From Phoronis australis (Eukaryota > Animalia > Phoronida), in the NCBI GenBank assembly GCA_002633005.1, contig NMRA01000150.1:530453-594452 (forward strand): a stretch of 64,000 nt of DNA. Reading direction: 5' to 3'. This document shows positions 1 through 12,400 of this stretch, one piece after another; the first letter of the stretch is position 1, and every line of letters begins with the position of its first letter. A program made the position numbers and the translations under genes. The notes under the pieces were generated by a model. The model made no database searches and had not been told where the DNA came from. It was given only the letters and a program-made list of their open reading frames with translations.

Positions 1-304
1 CCGTCCACTCCCAACCCACACAAATTTGGCTGCAGAGCGGTAGTATTTGTCGCCGCGCTTAACAATAACACGAGCCGCCATTGAAAATCAGACCACGCTT
101 TACCCAGATGCCCCGGCAATGTTGACAATTTACGTTCCCCCGAAACATAAAGACTTCCGCTTTCCGAGGTGAACGTCGTCTGCAACGCCGCGGTAAGAAA
201 GGAATTTGCCGCGGAAATTTCATATCAAATCCGATTTTTTTAAGCGGAAATATTATAAAAAAAGCGGAAAGCACATTTCAAAAAAAATTCCAAGCCCTGC
301 ACTA

Positions 305-530
305 CTAGAGATATCTACAGGACTATTACTACAGAACAGCACTCTAGATATGTGCTGGACATTTTTTACTTTGAACACCACTCTAGATATGTATTGGACT
401 ATTACTAATTTGAACACCACTCTAGATATGCACTGGACTATTACCACTTTGAACACCATTATAGATATGCACTACACTATTACTACAGCTTTGAACACTA
501 CTACAGATGTGTACTGGACTATTACTAATG
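305..530. repeat. Minisatellite, ~39-42-bp unit
   Basis: Repeated CTAGATATG..TGGACTATTACT..TTTGAACACCAC. Confidence 0.85.
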
Positions 531-596
531 TAGGCTTGCCATTCATATCAAATTTTGAAAGTTTAAACATAATGTATTAATAAGACAAACATTAAC

Positions 597-1319
597 CTGA
601 TGACATATTCTTCAGTTTTTGCAGAAGTCGTTCCAGTTTGTTTGCCTTGTCAAATTGTCGTTTCAATCTCAAACTATAGATATGGACAGACACTTCCTGT
701 TCGCCGTTCACACCGTCTCTCTTCTGTGCTTCTAAGTTTCTGGCATAGAAAGTAAAACAGAAACATTGAGCACTGTTCATACTTGAGCAACAATAACTAT
801 TGCTAATGTAACACAAAGGTGTCCCGAAAACAAAAAGGATTAATGATTGGCTCCTCTCAATGTTTACTGATTAATGATTGGCTCCTCTCAATGTTTACTG
901 ATTAATGATTGGCTCCTCTCAATGTTTACTGATTAATGATTGGCTCTTCTCAATGTTTACTGCTAATATTTCAGTTACTTAAATACACACTGCTCACTTC
1001 TCAGCACCTGCATGCGTAATACAGTAGTTCATGAAAAACAAAACAAGTTCACAATAACGTTTTACCTGAATCTGCCACTTGTATTCTCAAACAGTGTATT
1101 GAACATGACCTTTCTGAGTTGGCGTCGCACCACATGTCGAGGGTGGTTAGGCTGTATTAAATAGGCTCGTGGTTCCTCCCTCAGCTGGTGATTAATTAAT
1201 TCATTGAACAATGACATCACACTAGTCTGAATACAATCTGATGGAGCACAACATGTGCCGTCATTTTCTTCTGTGAACGGTTGAACAGTTAAGTTCAAGC
1301 CAACATCGCTTTCATTCAT
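597..1319 (-). CDS. TUBGCP6: Gamma-tubulin complex component 6-like, first coding exons (partial; gene continues left of the window)
   Basis: Exons 1319-1066 (acceptor ttccag before 1322; donor CAG|gtaaa) and 739-597 (ccag|...CAG|gttaa) join in frame: MNESD...SVMSLFNELINHQ...RHVVRRQLRKVMFNTLFEN...VSVHIYSLRLKRQFDKANKLERLLQKL. This resembles the human GCP6 N-terminus as recalled (SITQLFDDL...KRSLKKVAYNALF...LSFDLRV...KADRLEELVEEL). Confidence 0.75.
838..961. repeat. Minisatellite, 31 bp x4
   Basis: GATTAATGATTGGCTCCTCTCAATGTTTACT repeated. Confidence 0.95.
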
Positions 1320-2094
1320 TTTCTGGAAATAAAATAATTTGTACCTCTTGAAGTTTCACAGGTGTGCGACATATTGAGGTAAGTTTCATTGCAAGATGAC
1401 TGCAAATATAGCTTAAGTGGTTCAACTGTCAACATTGATTACTAGCTGTGAATTGGCATTGAGTCATACACAACTAGCTGGTTGCCTGGTAGGCAATGCA
1501 TTGCCTGTGGACACCGGAGGCATGTAGGTGATGACCTGAATGCTCAACTAATTTACTCTTTGATGGAAAAATAAAACATACAAAGTAATACCGGTATGAA
1601 AGGAGCCAAAACTGTTAATAATAGATTGCATATAACTACAGTGCCAAAACTGCATTGATTTCCCTCACTGTGTATTTGCCAAAATATGTAAATTGCGTTT
1701 GTCAGGTGACCAAATTCAGTTGCACCGTTAGATCGTCAGAAAGCACAGCTCTCAAAAGTAGGTTCCAGAGGGTAGTGGACCTCACGGTCCCAGAGGGTAG
1801 TGGCTCCGAAATACTTTTCTTCAAACACTTATTTTTTCATTGTCGTCTTTACAAATTTCCAAATTATGAACATACGATTCTCAGCTGAAAAGCATCGCCT
1901 GTTGTCTTTGTCGCAACATTTTCGGAAAGTGTAAAAAACACTCATCAATTCCACAAGGAATGTCGTTAAGCCACAGTGTACTTGCCTATGACATCTTGTT
2001 TGTTTGTCGGATGTCACATGACTTTTCGCAAGGAGGCGATGGTTGCAATAGGTCAATTAATAATACCATAAGTCTGGAGACGATTCAGTCAAGA

Positions 2095-2620
2095 TAATTT
2101 GAACAAATCGATGAAAATCTGTCATGGTTTGCTCGAGTTTCTTTTACCGGGTGCCATTTTGAGGAAGTTACATGAAATCACGCATGTTGATGAATAGAAA
2201 GTCCAAAGGACACAAATCTTACAAATCTCACTTAATACCTTCCCATGCTATTTTGCAAGTATCACGCCAGCCAGCGTCACACGCTTCACTCAGTCTCGCA
2301 TTAGCCTTTGCCTAACTCACTTGACTCAGTTGAAATACTTTGTAGTTATCGCGCGCATGGTGAAAAAGTTAATGGTGACCAAAAAGTGGAATTGGAATTC
2401 TTCTCCAAAATCACCTTAATTCTAGTAGATATGCTTCATTGAAGATATGTGTAGAAGTAGAAAGGATCACTGAAGAAAGTAATAGTTTTAAGTGTAAAAT
2501 TTATTTTTGATGAGGTAAAAACTTTTAATCGGTGTCCGTATTTGGCCTACCACCCATTTAAAATACACGGGACGAAATTCGTACAGAAAGTGATGGGAAG
2601 TATCGTAGACCCTAACCGGC
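2095..2620. mobile_element. Second, inverted and truncated copy of the same MITE
   Basis: 2095-2620 is a diverged reverse complement of ~2646-3175. Confidence 0.7.
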
Positions 2621-2622
2621 TA

Positions 2623-3371
2623 GGCAACACGTAGCCCCTCGATTGGCCGGTTAGGAGCTACGATACTTCCCATCGTTTTCTGTACGAATTTTGTCCCGTG
2701 TATTTTAAATGGGTGGTAGGCCAAATACGGACACCGATTAAGAGTTTTCACCTCGTCAAAAATATATTCTACACTTAAAACTATCACGTAAAAATGTGCT
2801 TACTTTCTTCAGTGATTCTTTCTTTTTCTAAACGTATATTCGATGAAGCTTAGTTACGAGAATTAAGGTGACTTTGGAGAAGAATTCCAACTCCACTTTT
2901 TGGTCAGGTCACCGTTAACTTTTTCACCACGCGTGCGATGACCACAAAATATTTCAACTGAGTCATGCGAGTTAGGCAAAGGCTAGCGCGAGACTGAGCA
3001 AAGCGTGTGACACTTGCAAAATAACATGGGAAGATATCAGGTGGAATTTGTGAGATTTGTGTCCCTTGGACTTTTTGTTCACCAACAGACGTGATTTCAC
3101 GTAACTTCCTCAAACTGGCACCCGGTGAGAGAAACTCGAGCAAACCGCGACAGATTTTCATGGATCTGTTCAAGTTATGTTATTGCATTCAGAGTCATGG
3201 TATGTGTTAATTATAACTCCATGTGCACTTATGTATCTTTCATTCGATTTTATTTGCTGTATTTTGAAATACGAAATTTTTTATGGGGATGTACCATCAC
3301 CCTTGTATGCCTGCAGCATTCAGGGCAATGTAATTGCCTACTAACCGGCCAACCGAGGGCTACGTGTTGCC
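2623..3371. mobile_element. MITE with ~33-bp TIRs and TA flanks (Tc1/mariner-like)
   Basis: TA|GGCAACACGTAGCCCCTCGATTGGCCGGTTAG ... CTAACCGGCCAACCGAGGGCTACGTGTTGCC|TA; no coding capacity. Confidence 0.75.
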
Positions 3372-3399
3372 TATTTGAAGTTGAACCTTTGCTCCGTAG

Positions 3400-4400
3400 C
3401 TCTGGCCCGGGATCGACGGGTTTCCGTCAGTTTGAACTTATGAAGAGCGACGTTATTCAGTGAGTGCCTAGTTCTCAAAATCAGTTACCCCTATATCCAA
3501 CTAGTGAACGTAGGTCCAAGCGTTACTAAACTCTACCCAGACAACGTAGTGTAGGCTACAAAATATTTATCGACAGTGACGGGCCAGTGTCGGTGAGTTT
3601 GCAGGGTAGCTGGCTGGCTATTTCGTAATGAGAAAATTAGATTTCTTTGTAATGGTCAACCACATGCACACAGCACCCATAGTAATGAAAGTAGAGAACT
3701 GTGCCGTGAACAAAAGTTTGAAAATAAAAGATACAAACTCGATATTCGTGTTCTTTGTAGTCATTTTTGAGATTTTCTCCCGCTCTCCAGTTTGTAGATG
3801 TGCCCAAACAATGACAATCGCATCATGTTATCCTTGGTTTTTAAGTAAGCGCACTCTAACGGAAGTCTACGTTACCAAGGTCGTGAGACATCCCAGAGCA
3901 GAGCGGGAGCGGGACAATGTCAACTTTTAGTTTTACCCGCGGGCCGGTCAACTTCTCTTTCCCCGTTAGCGAAACTCTTCTCAGTTAGCGGACATAAGAG
4001 TTGATTTGAATACTTGTGTTGCAAGGCTCCACCTCCAGCGTTTCCATTACACTGAGGAGAGTTGCACAACGCACTTCCAGATCCTGGGATTTTGGGAGGG
4101 CTGCCATTCAAGTTGTTCATGGGCCAGTTGCGATTTCTCACCGCTTCAGTACCGAAATTATGGCTTCATTGGCAAAGTGACAACACTCACTGCGGTTAAA
4201 AAAATGAGGACTCTTTATTCCACTGAGCAGTCAGTTGAGAGCGGTGTAATTGCCGCTCATCCCACAGGCTGTTCATGGTGCCGCCGTCGGACCAGGACTG
4301 GCGCCGCCGAGCCTCGATCAACCCTACCTCAATTTCACCCAAACGAGTTTCAAGTGATACCTGGCAGAGTTCTCAAAAAATACCTCCAATTAAGGTAATC
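3400..4400. promoter_or_regulatory. CpG-richer promoter-like region, candidate TUBGCP6 promoter/5' UTR exon
   Basis: Raised GC/CpG, CGGAAGT (~3860), X-box-like GTTACCAAGG (~3871), and donor-like sites on both strands. The TUBGCP6 ATG exon requires an upstream exon. Confidence 0.35.
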
Positions 4401-4483
4401 ATTGAAATCCATTCAAACACGGATTAATTTGTTTGTACGGTGTCAGTTATGTTTTATTGGCATTAATTATATTATTGTTGTCT

Positions 4484-4702
4484 CAGGGCTGTAGCTTCAG
4501 GGTAAAGTTTCACCATTAAAGTTTTCTCTTAGTTTTACTTTGATGCCAGTGTTTTTTTTTGTCACGAAAAGGGTTATAGACTTAATTTGGGTAGTTCTTA
4601 GCAATTACCTGAAAGAGCGTCACGAACTCACGGCAGCCCGGTGACCTTTCGGCCAAGCTCAATGATTGAACTCGACTGTGAGATCACACGGAACCAGCCC
4701 TG
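4484..4702. mobile_element. Possible hAT-like MITE
   Basis: Ends CAGGGCTG...CAGCCCTG; no clear TSD. Confidence 0.3.
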
Positions 4703-6624
4703 CACTGATTTCACTACATTTCATTTTGTTATTGTGATTCTAAAACAATAATTTCCTTCTGGAATAAACTCAAAATTGCCGTTTTCATTAAACCAACCCT
4801 AACTGTTTACTCCCGAAGGTTTGCCCAAATTCATAGTGTATGACGTCATGTGAAATTTATAGTTAATGTCGCATATTACTATACTCAGCCTAAAATCAAC
4901 ATTTTTCATAAAAAGTAATCTGCTAGTTTAAAATAGAAAATCATATTCAAATCAGTGTCGTTAAGCAACGTCTGCTTTACGCGTTTTTGGCAAACTGTTG
5001 AATTCCCTTGAAATAATGGCTACGACAGTATTTCTTTTAGATTTATTTTTGGATCGCCTCCTTCAGGAACAATATCCGAGGTAAATAAATTAACAAGATT
5101 TCCACAAAGCTCCTTTTTCTGTTCTAATAGACGATGTTGGACATTACAACTATTGGAATGTGTAACTTGCTATTAGATCAACAAACACACCTTATGTGTA
5201 AATACTAATATATAGTTGATGTCTTGTGCAAATGAGTGCTAAAAAAACGCAGCTTTGGGTTGGCGAGTCTCGGAGATATTGCAAGGAGCTGGGCGGCCTA
5301 AATACCACGAAATATGTAATAGCACCTCCAGTGCTGTAGTGGTTAAAATTAGAGGTAAGTAGGCGCCCAAAGCACACCGGTATCACCTTAAGCACAGAAC
5401 GCAACTTTTATTACGGTGCGTAGGCTCTACGTTCAAATGCCAAAAGGTGGTTGGTTGCGCGTCACACTACAGCACTGAGCACCTCCTGGCGTCGAAAGAA
5501 GTGATATCCTTAACTGGAGTAGAACTTTCGAACCATTTATTACAAATATGTGCCCACCCTAGGTAGGCCCTATTTAGGTCTACCGTATCAGACAATGGAG
5601 TGCGGGAAGCCGGGTTTAGGGCAGATTGGGGTAAAAACATGGAGAAATTCGGACAAAAAGTTGCACCGCATCCAATGAAAAACGCGGAAAGGCATTACAG
5701 AAATAAAAAGGGAGACAAATCAAAATCAAAAGGGTGCTTGTATCAAGCCGGGGAAAATCACAAAACATTTTTATGTGAAGCTCGTCTGTATCAAGACATA
5801 AACGGCTCACTAAAGCAAAATGTGAGATTATAGATTAAAGCCACGCATTTGAGCAAAATTCGAAGAGAGAATGTCAGTCAAATTTGAATAGACTGTTAGA
5901 GAATTGCTCACAGACTTGATACCCGATGATGTCGCAAGGTTATTTTTTATAGCGCCGCTATCAACACACCTTCTTCCACCAACTGATTTAGAAAGGAACT
6001 GAGCAATCAAAAAATTGGTGTCGATTTGCTCCTTTCTCAATTAAGAAATGACTTTTACAAAGAACTGACAGTTGGTTAGTCGACACCATACTGGATGCAA
6101 AAATGACAATTAAGCCAACTCAGAGCTTAGTCTCCGAAAAAAACGAGTCAATTGAATCTATGAAATTATGCACCTCTAGTTTCACGAAAGAGCATACAGT
6201 TTATGACAACATCGCTCTTCCCCGTATGATCACAGTCAACAATTGTGCACATTCCGTAAAGACTCTGAATTGAAAGATTTCATACCGAAAACTGTGATTC
6301 TTACACAAATTCAAGAAGCAGCGACCTCCAATTTAATTTACTTTGAGTTGTCATGTAAGACCAGCATGGACAGCCAGAATGATTTTGTAAGTTTATACCT
6401 CTACGAAAATTGGCTAAAACGTATGATCCAAAAATTATTTTTACCATAAGAAGTTGTTTGAAGTAGCGGACAAACCCAAACAACAATTTGTATAGATGAG
6501 TAAACCAATCTCAAGCAACTCCCTGTTACCCGATGTTTAGGTGCACTCTTCAAAAAGCTTGTACCTTATGCCGTATCATGTGTTCCTAAACAGCGAAGTC
6601 CTGATACCACTGTGTTAGCCTAGA

Positions 6625-7525
6625 AATGTATGTGAACCTGCTCCTTATGTGTTGGACTACAGGTGTGTGTGAAGTGGTGCCCTTTGTGTGCGACTATAAG
6701 TGCGTGTGAAGCTGTGCCCTGTGTGTTGGACTATAAGTGAATGTGAAGTTGTGCCCTTTGTGTTGGCCTGTGTGTGTGTGAAGCTGCACCCTATATGTGG
6801 GACTACAAGTGTGTGTGAAGTTGTGCCCTATTTGTTGGCCTATAAGTGTGTGTGAAGCTGCACCTTGAGTGACAAATATCTAAAATATTAAGTGAGAGAA
6901 ACTTCTACTGATCCATTACAGAATTGACATGAAACTTGTGAATAACACCCATGCAGTATGAGCTCATATGCAAGGAACAGCTGCATACACCTACAAGTGA
7001 AGCTTAGGCCCATTTGCCGTTAACGGGAAACACTAGAGTAAAAATGTTTCTTTGAAAAAAGGATTATTCTGTATGTGGGTGCATGAATCTTAGTACAAAT
7101 ATACACAGGCTACACTCTATCTCACTCTGTGTACAGGACAAGCCGGACAGCCTGAGGAGCTGAGACAAACATATGTATCTCACTCTGTGTACAGGACAAG
7201 CCTGACAGGATCTGAGACAAACATATGTATCTCACTCTGCGCACAGGGTAAACCTGACAGGAGCTGAGACAAACACGTGTATCTCACTCTAACGACAGAC
7301 CTAACCTGACATGGTCTGAGACAAACATTTAAAAAGGTTGAGAATGATGTGTGATGGAGACTTAAGTCCAAAATAAATAAGACTTACATAACTTAAATCG
7401 CAACTGAAAATATTAGTGGACTGTTGGATGTGAACAAGACAGGATACGGTCTGTCATGTGAACAAGACAGGAAATGGTGTGCCATGTGAACCAGACAGGA
7501 TATGGTGTGCCATGTGAACCAGATT
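6625..7525. repeat. Cluster of three minisatellites (~39 bp at 6625-6865, ~50 bp at 7115-7330, ~29 bp at 7428-7522)
   Basis: Directly visible tandem units. Confidence 0.8.
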
Positions 7526-8995
7526 TAATCTTCTTCGAGAAAAGAACAAATAAGTGGATACAGCTTTACAATCAGTTACTGAATGAACATTTTTACATGA
7601 ACATTTTTACATGATGTGATCTTCAGGAAAATCATGAGGAAAAATTGTACAAAAATATTAGACAGTTTGCCACGAGTGACATGAATGAAGAAATCTGTCC
7701 AAATAGAACAGAAACCAGCAAAATATGAGACAAGTGTTATCATAGACTATGATAAATAAAATAGTGTTTACACAAGAATGCCCATCGACACTTTACTAAT
7801 ATTCACAACAGAGGGCAGTGAATCTGACAGAGTGACACAAAATCAGCTATAATTGTACCTTTACACAGCATTACTGGTACACAACTGTACACTTACGACA
7901 AGAAGTAACAGTCGCAAACACACACCTACTGTCAATCACTTTTAAATTTAAACTCAATAAATTCAAACTTGTCAGCAGTGAATGTCAGTATGAGTCAGGG
8001 AAAACATTGTCATCACTATTGCACTTGTCTGACATTCACTTCACAATGAATTAGAGCTGGAAAACTCCCCAGAGATAACATGATAGTTCTATGTATCAGA
8101 GGTCACCAAGTCCACAGATCAATGCATTAACTGGTGGTTAAACAAGGTGGTTCATGACATAACTAATGTATAAAATATACCAAATATACTTTAGACAAAA
8201 TACTTGTACTGGAGAAACATTTAAATTACAGACCATAACCAAAATAAGAAGAGGCTCAAGTCACTTGACAGGAAATTCTTCAGTCATCAGCTGATGGTTC
8301 TTCCCTCCTTATTGACCAATCAAACTGCCTGTTACATTATTGCCAGTGTTGCAAGTGTCCAGTAGCGAACAGTATAGAATTGTCTCATCATGGGTGCGTC
8401 TGAACAGAACTAAGGCTTGAAGCACGTTGACAACACTACTACAGAAGATGAGGAAGGCTTTTACTCCATGTATGACAGTATTCAGTTGAAATTTTGGTTG
8501 AAACTTGATGGGTTAACAAATACGCATGTTGACGATTGATATCCATGGAGGCAGTAAGGAATACAAGTTTTGTTTGAGTACAAAAGTCTCGAGTTCTTGG
8601 TACGTCTGTGTAGAATTAAGGTTTGATGCACTAAATCTTTAAATTCAAACTGTATTTTGAGGTAATAACAGATTAACATGATCACTCTTCCACTTTATTA
8701 CCCAACTATCCACACATACGCCCTCTATTGGCCAGTCAATACACCACATCCATATTCTTCAGTCTGTTGAAACTTGAAGTTGAAACTTGATGGGTTGAAA
8801 AATTCAACAAGCAACACCAACAAGGAAGTTCGGAGTTCAACACACCAACTTGAAATGTCCAAAATAAAGCTAAGCTTTAATCCACTAGACAGTATGTACA
8901 ACCTTGTCGCAAAATATCTTTGTACATAAATTACATAGTCCACTGCGTGGCAATCGTGATCATCATTCACAGTCCATTTCCTGGGTGAGCGATTG

Positions 8996-9172
8996 TTAAT
9001 TACCACTGCCTCGTTTCCTTGCATAACATCCTAAACAAGCACATATTCCTAAAATTCCGATGATCAGACCTAGCACAAGGGCTATTGCGTCGCCAGCATC
9101 AAACGCCGCGACGCCAGGCACTAAAGAAGACAGTAAGATGAACAAGACATACACCACTGTACACGACTCCAT
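8996..9172 (-). CDS. SMIM30: Small integral membrane protein 30-like microprotein (58 aa, single exon)
   Basis: Good start context (ccaaaATGG). Translation MESCTVVYVLFILLSSLVPGVAAFDAGDAIALVLGLIIGILGICACLGCYARKRGSGN* gives signal peptide plus TM helix. It matches the human SMIM30 core as recalled (AGDAIALLLG...GICACLGVYARKR). AATAAA lies on the minus strand at ~8694-8699. Confidence 0.9.
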   Translation of the reverse strand: MESCTVVYVLFILLSSLVPGVAAFDAGDAIALVLGLIIGILGICACLGCYARKRGSGN

Positions 9173-9464
9173 TTTGGCTTTGACACAGTAACGTGAGGGT
9201 CATGTGATGAGGACTTGGAATAATCCTACGAAGGAGTGGGGATGCTTATTGCAACAGGAAATACTGCTTTCAAAAATAACTGAAAATTGATTGATTTAAG
9301 TATATTTTTCATTTTCTATTCAATTTTACCAACTTATAATTTATAAATAGTTGCAAATGAATGAAGTGTTGAGTACTTTCGAAGCAATGTAATCCGTATT
9401 TCCCTTAGAACTTGGACTCTACTTGACGTCATCTATGTTGTGATCACGTGACTCCTGCCCATCA
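9173..9464. promoter_or_regulatory. Bidirectional promoter between SMIM30 and EIF4E3
   Basis: 292 bp separate the divergent ATGs. Contains a perfect CRE TGACGTCA (9424-9431), an E-box TCACGTGAC (9444-9452) and TCATGTG near 9200. Confidence 0.7.
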
Positions 9465-12400
9465 ATGGCGGTGTCCACTGTTGATAGTTTGAGAACGGAG
9501 ATTAACGATGAGCAAAATCCTTCGCCGAAACTACCCAGAGCAACTCTCGATTCGTTAAAAGAGACAGAGGCATCAGGGGTCCCACTGGACACATCATGGA
9601 CGTTTTGGATTGACAAGTAAGAATAGACAAGTCCGTCAGCATTCGGCTTTCGATTTTGACACAAGCTGAGATGTCGATTTTACACTGTTGCCGGTTTTTT
9701 TTAGTGTTTGAGGGAATGGGGTTTTTCTTCGTTTTAGGTGTTGGTTTTCTAGAGTTCTGTTTGAAATCTGCAGAAATCACTAATGACTTCATTTAGATGA
9801 CCCAGCAACCTGCACAGCTGTCAACGTAGCGCCAAAGACCGGTTGTTGGATTCCTACTTCATTAAAAAATTGGCTCTTAAATTTTAAGGTGATTGACTGT
9901 CTTCATTACCAATGATCACATTTGTTAAAGTGACATTTCATTGCTGTTTATCAGTCAGTGTTGAATTCCTTAAGAAACCACTTCAGTACAAAAAGTACAC
10001 ATCAAAACCAGATGGACTGAACTCTAGTTAAATAAAAATCTTACTTGAAGAAACGAGTGACATCACTAGTAGCTCCGTTGCAATTTGGTGAGATATATCT
10101 TCAAGCATTTAATATTTGAAAAGGGATTTTTTGACAGTGATCTGGACCAAATTTGCAATGTAGTCCTGAGCATAACATGTGGTACAAAACTTGATTACAT
10201 AACGTCCTGTGTAACTCAGGCGCTGATTCCTCAGTAAATACAATGTTAAATATTGTCATTTATTATTTATAGGAAATGTTACATGTTCAATACACAATTT
10301 AAGTTACCATTGTTTTCATTTTTTTTATGTCTTCAAATAATTAATCAATACATTTGAAACTGTTTCTTTTGCTAGAGAAAACGTATAATACAATGCGCTA
10401 GTACATACATATAGGATGTCCACCACGTGAACAGCCTGGGTGAAGTATTTAAAAAATGTCCTGAAAAAGTAAAAGAAACTTCAGAATTCGAAACCTACTT
10501 GGGATAAATACAAAACGTACCTTGATTGGCGTAGATGAAGTAGCATCCCACAAAACATTATTCCGCATTTCGACCGAGACCAAAGGTTGAGGTTGATACA
10601 CGGAATGATAACTCTGGGCACGCTTTGTAGGTACCCCTCCCCCCAGCACTTCTAGTCATATAAAGTGAATACCTTTGATTTCTTTCAGTAACGAAACTAT
10701 TTATTAAATAATATTATGCACATTTATTGTGTCCTTCATTTAGGGCCATTCCAGGAACTTCAGCCAAAGAATATGAAGCAAGTCTGCGTAAACTGTACAC
10801 AGTTAATACTGTTCAGGTAAGGGCTGTGATTGGATGGCATGTCTTGTCACTGTTCAGGTAAGGGCTGCAGTTGGATGGCGCATCTTGTCACTGTTCAGGT
10901 AAGGACTGTGATTGGATGGTGCGTCTTGTCACTGTTCAGGTAGGAATTGTGATTGGTTCGTGCATCTTGTCACTGTTCAGGTAAGGACTGTGATTGGTTG
11001 GTGCATTTTGTCACTGACATTTTAGTGATATGTTACTGATGTGTTAGTGATATTATAGTTTCAAAAACTTACCCTTCCTTTCTGTCATCTCACTGTCATC
11101 AGGATTTCCTGAAGAATTAAAACTTTGAAAAATAAATTTCACAAATATAATACTGGCCAATTATGAGAGAAAACTGTGACATAAAGTGTGGAGATGGCGT
11201 AGTGTCTAATTCCATCTTTGTAGTGTGAGCAGGGAGATGTAGCGACAGAGTAACAAGAATCGAAAACACCATGGTGTTAGTTTGTCGGAATTACTCAATG
11301 TCTCAATATTACATTATTACATATAGCTTGATTGATGTAGATTCTTTGAGTGGTTATTTCATATCATTTTTCTTGCAATTTTTAGAAAACTTTGATGTGT
11401 AGATTTGCATCATGTAAGCCTTTTATAGACAAGATGTTTTTCTCTCGAAAAACTGTTCGATTTCTTAAAATTTACTATTTCAGTTTCTTAAGTAAAATGA
11501 GTTCACCACTTAACATAAACCGCACATCTATGAAAATATTAATAGAGATGATTGAGGGGAAATTGTAAAAAAATAAACTATAAATAACAAAAAGGCTGTA
11601 CTCTCAATTGAAATTTTATATCGATGTTGTGCAGGCCTATGACTTACTGCTTCTGCTGTGCAGTAGTAACAGTCTGATTACCTCAAACAAACTGTGTAAC
11701 TCTCTGTTGGTGATCTTGTCTCATGTTGCAGGCACTCTATAAAGCATTGTTCAGATAGAAAACATGAAATGAGGAAAAACTTAATTTAAGTCTGTTCCAT
11801 AAAGCCTTCCCTAAAAGGATGCCAAACCCTGTTTTGGTCTATTAAGGGATATTAAAACAATTTTCCCATGGAGTCTTTGAAGGAAAATATTGCTCTGTAA
11901 CTTGACAATCCTCAAAAATTTGGAGCAAAATTTGAAAATTCCTTACAAAGTCTGCTAAACGGAAAAGCGTGACCTGCACTTTAGGCAAGTTACACAACAA
12001 CTTTAGGGAAAGACTATACCCAAGAAAAANCCATTCTTGTTGTTTTATTTACCGATTTATATTCTTCATTTCATGAAACAATAGTATCCTTGGGAGGATC
12101 TGGATCACCTTATTTAGTTTCAGATATATTTTCTACGTTATTGAAATAAAAGAAATATTAAAAAGTTAAGTCGGTATCGCAAAATAACAACTGGATTATT
12201 GTCTGTTTGCAAATTGTGCCCAACCCTTTTAAGCTAAACTTAATGTGTCAGGGAATGGGCTGTAGGTCTCTAGTTGTTGTTAAGGAACACCACCAGAGGG
12301 CAATGCATTATATCCCATGATTCATGGAATGGGCTGCAGGACCCCAAGCTATTATCGAGGAACACCAACAGAGGTGTTGATCAGCTTAGTAATACCAAGA

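Noticed and set aside
1322-8996. SMIM30 as the first exon of a bicistronic SMIM30-TUBGCP6 transcript
   Set aside because: SMIM30 has its own AATAAA ~300 nt downstream and a closer promoter-like region exists at 3.4-4.4 kb; not excluded without RNA data.
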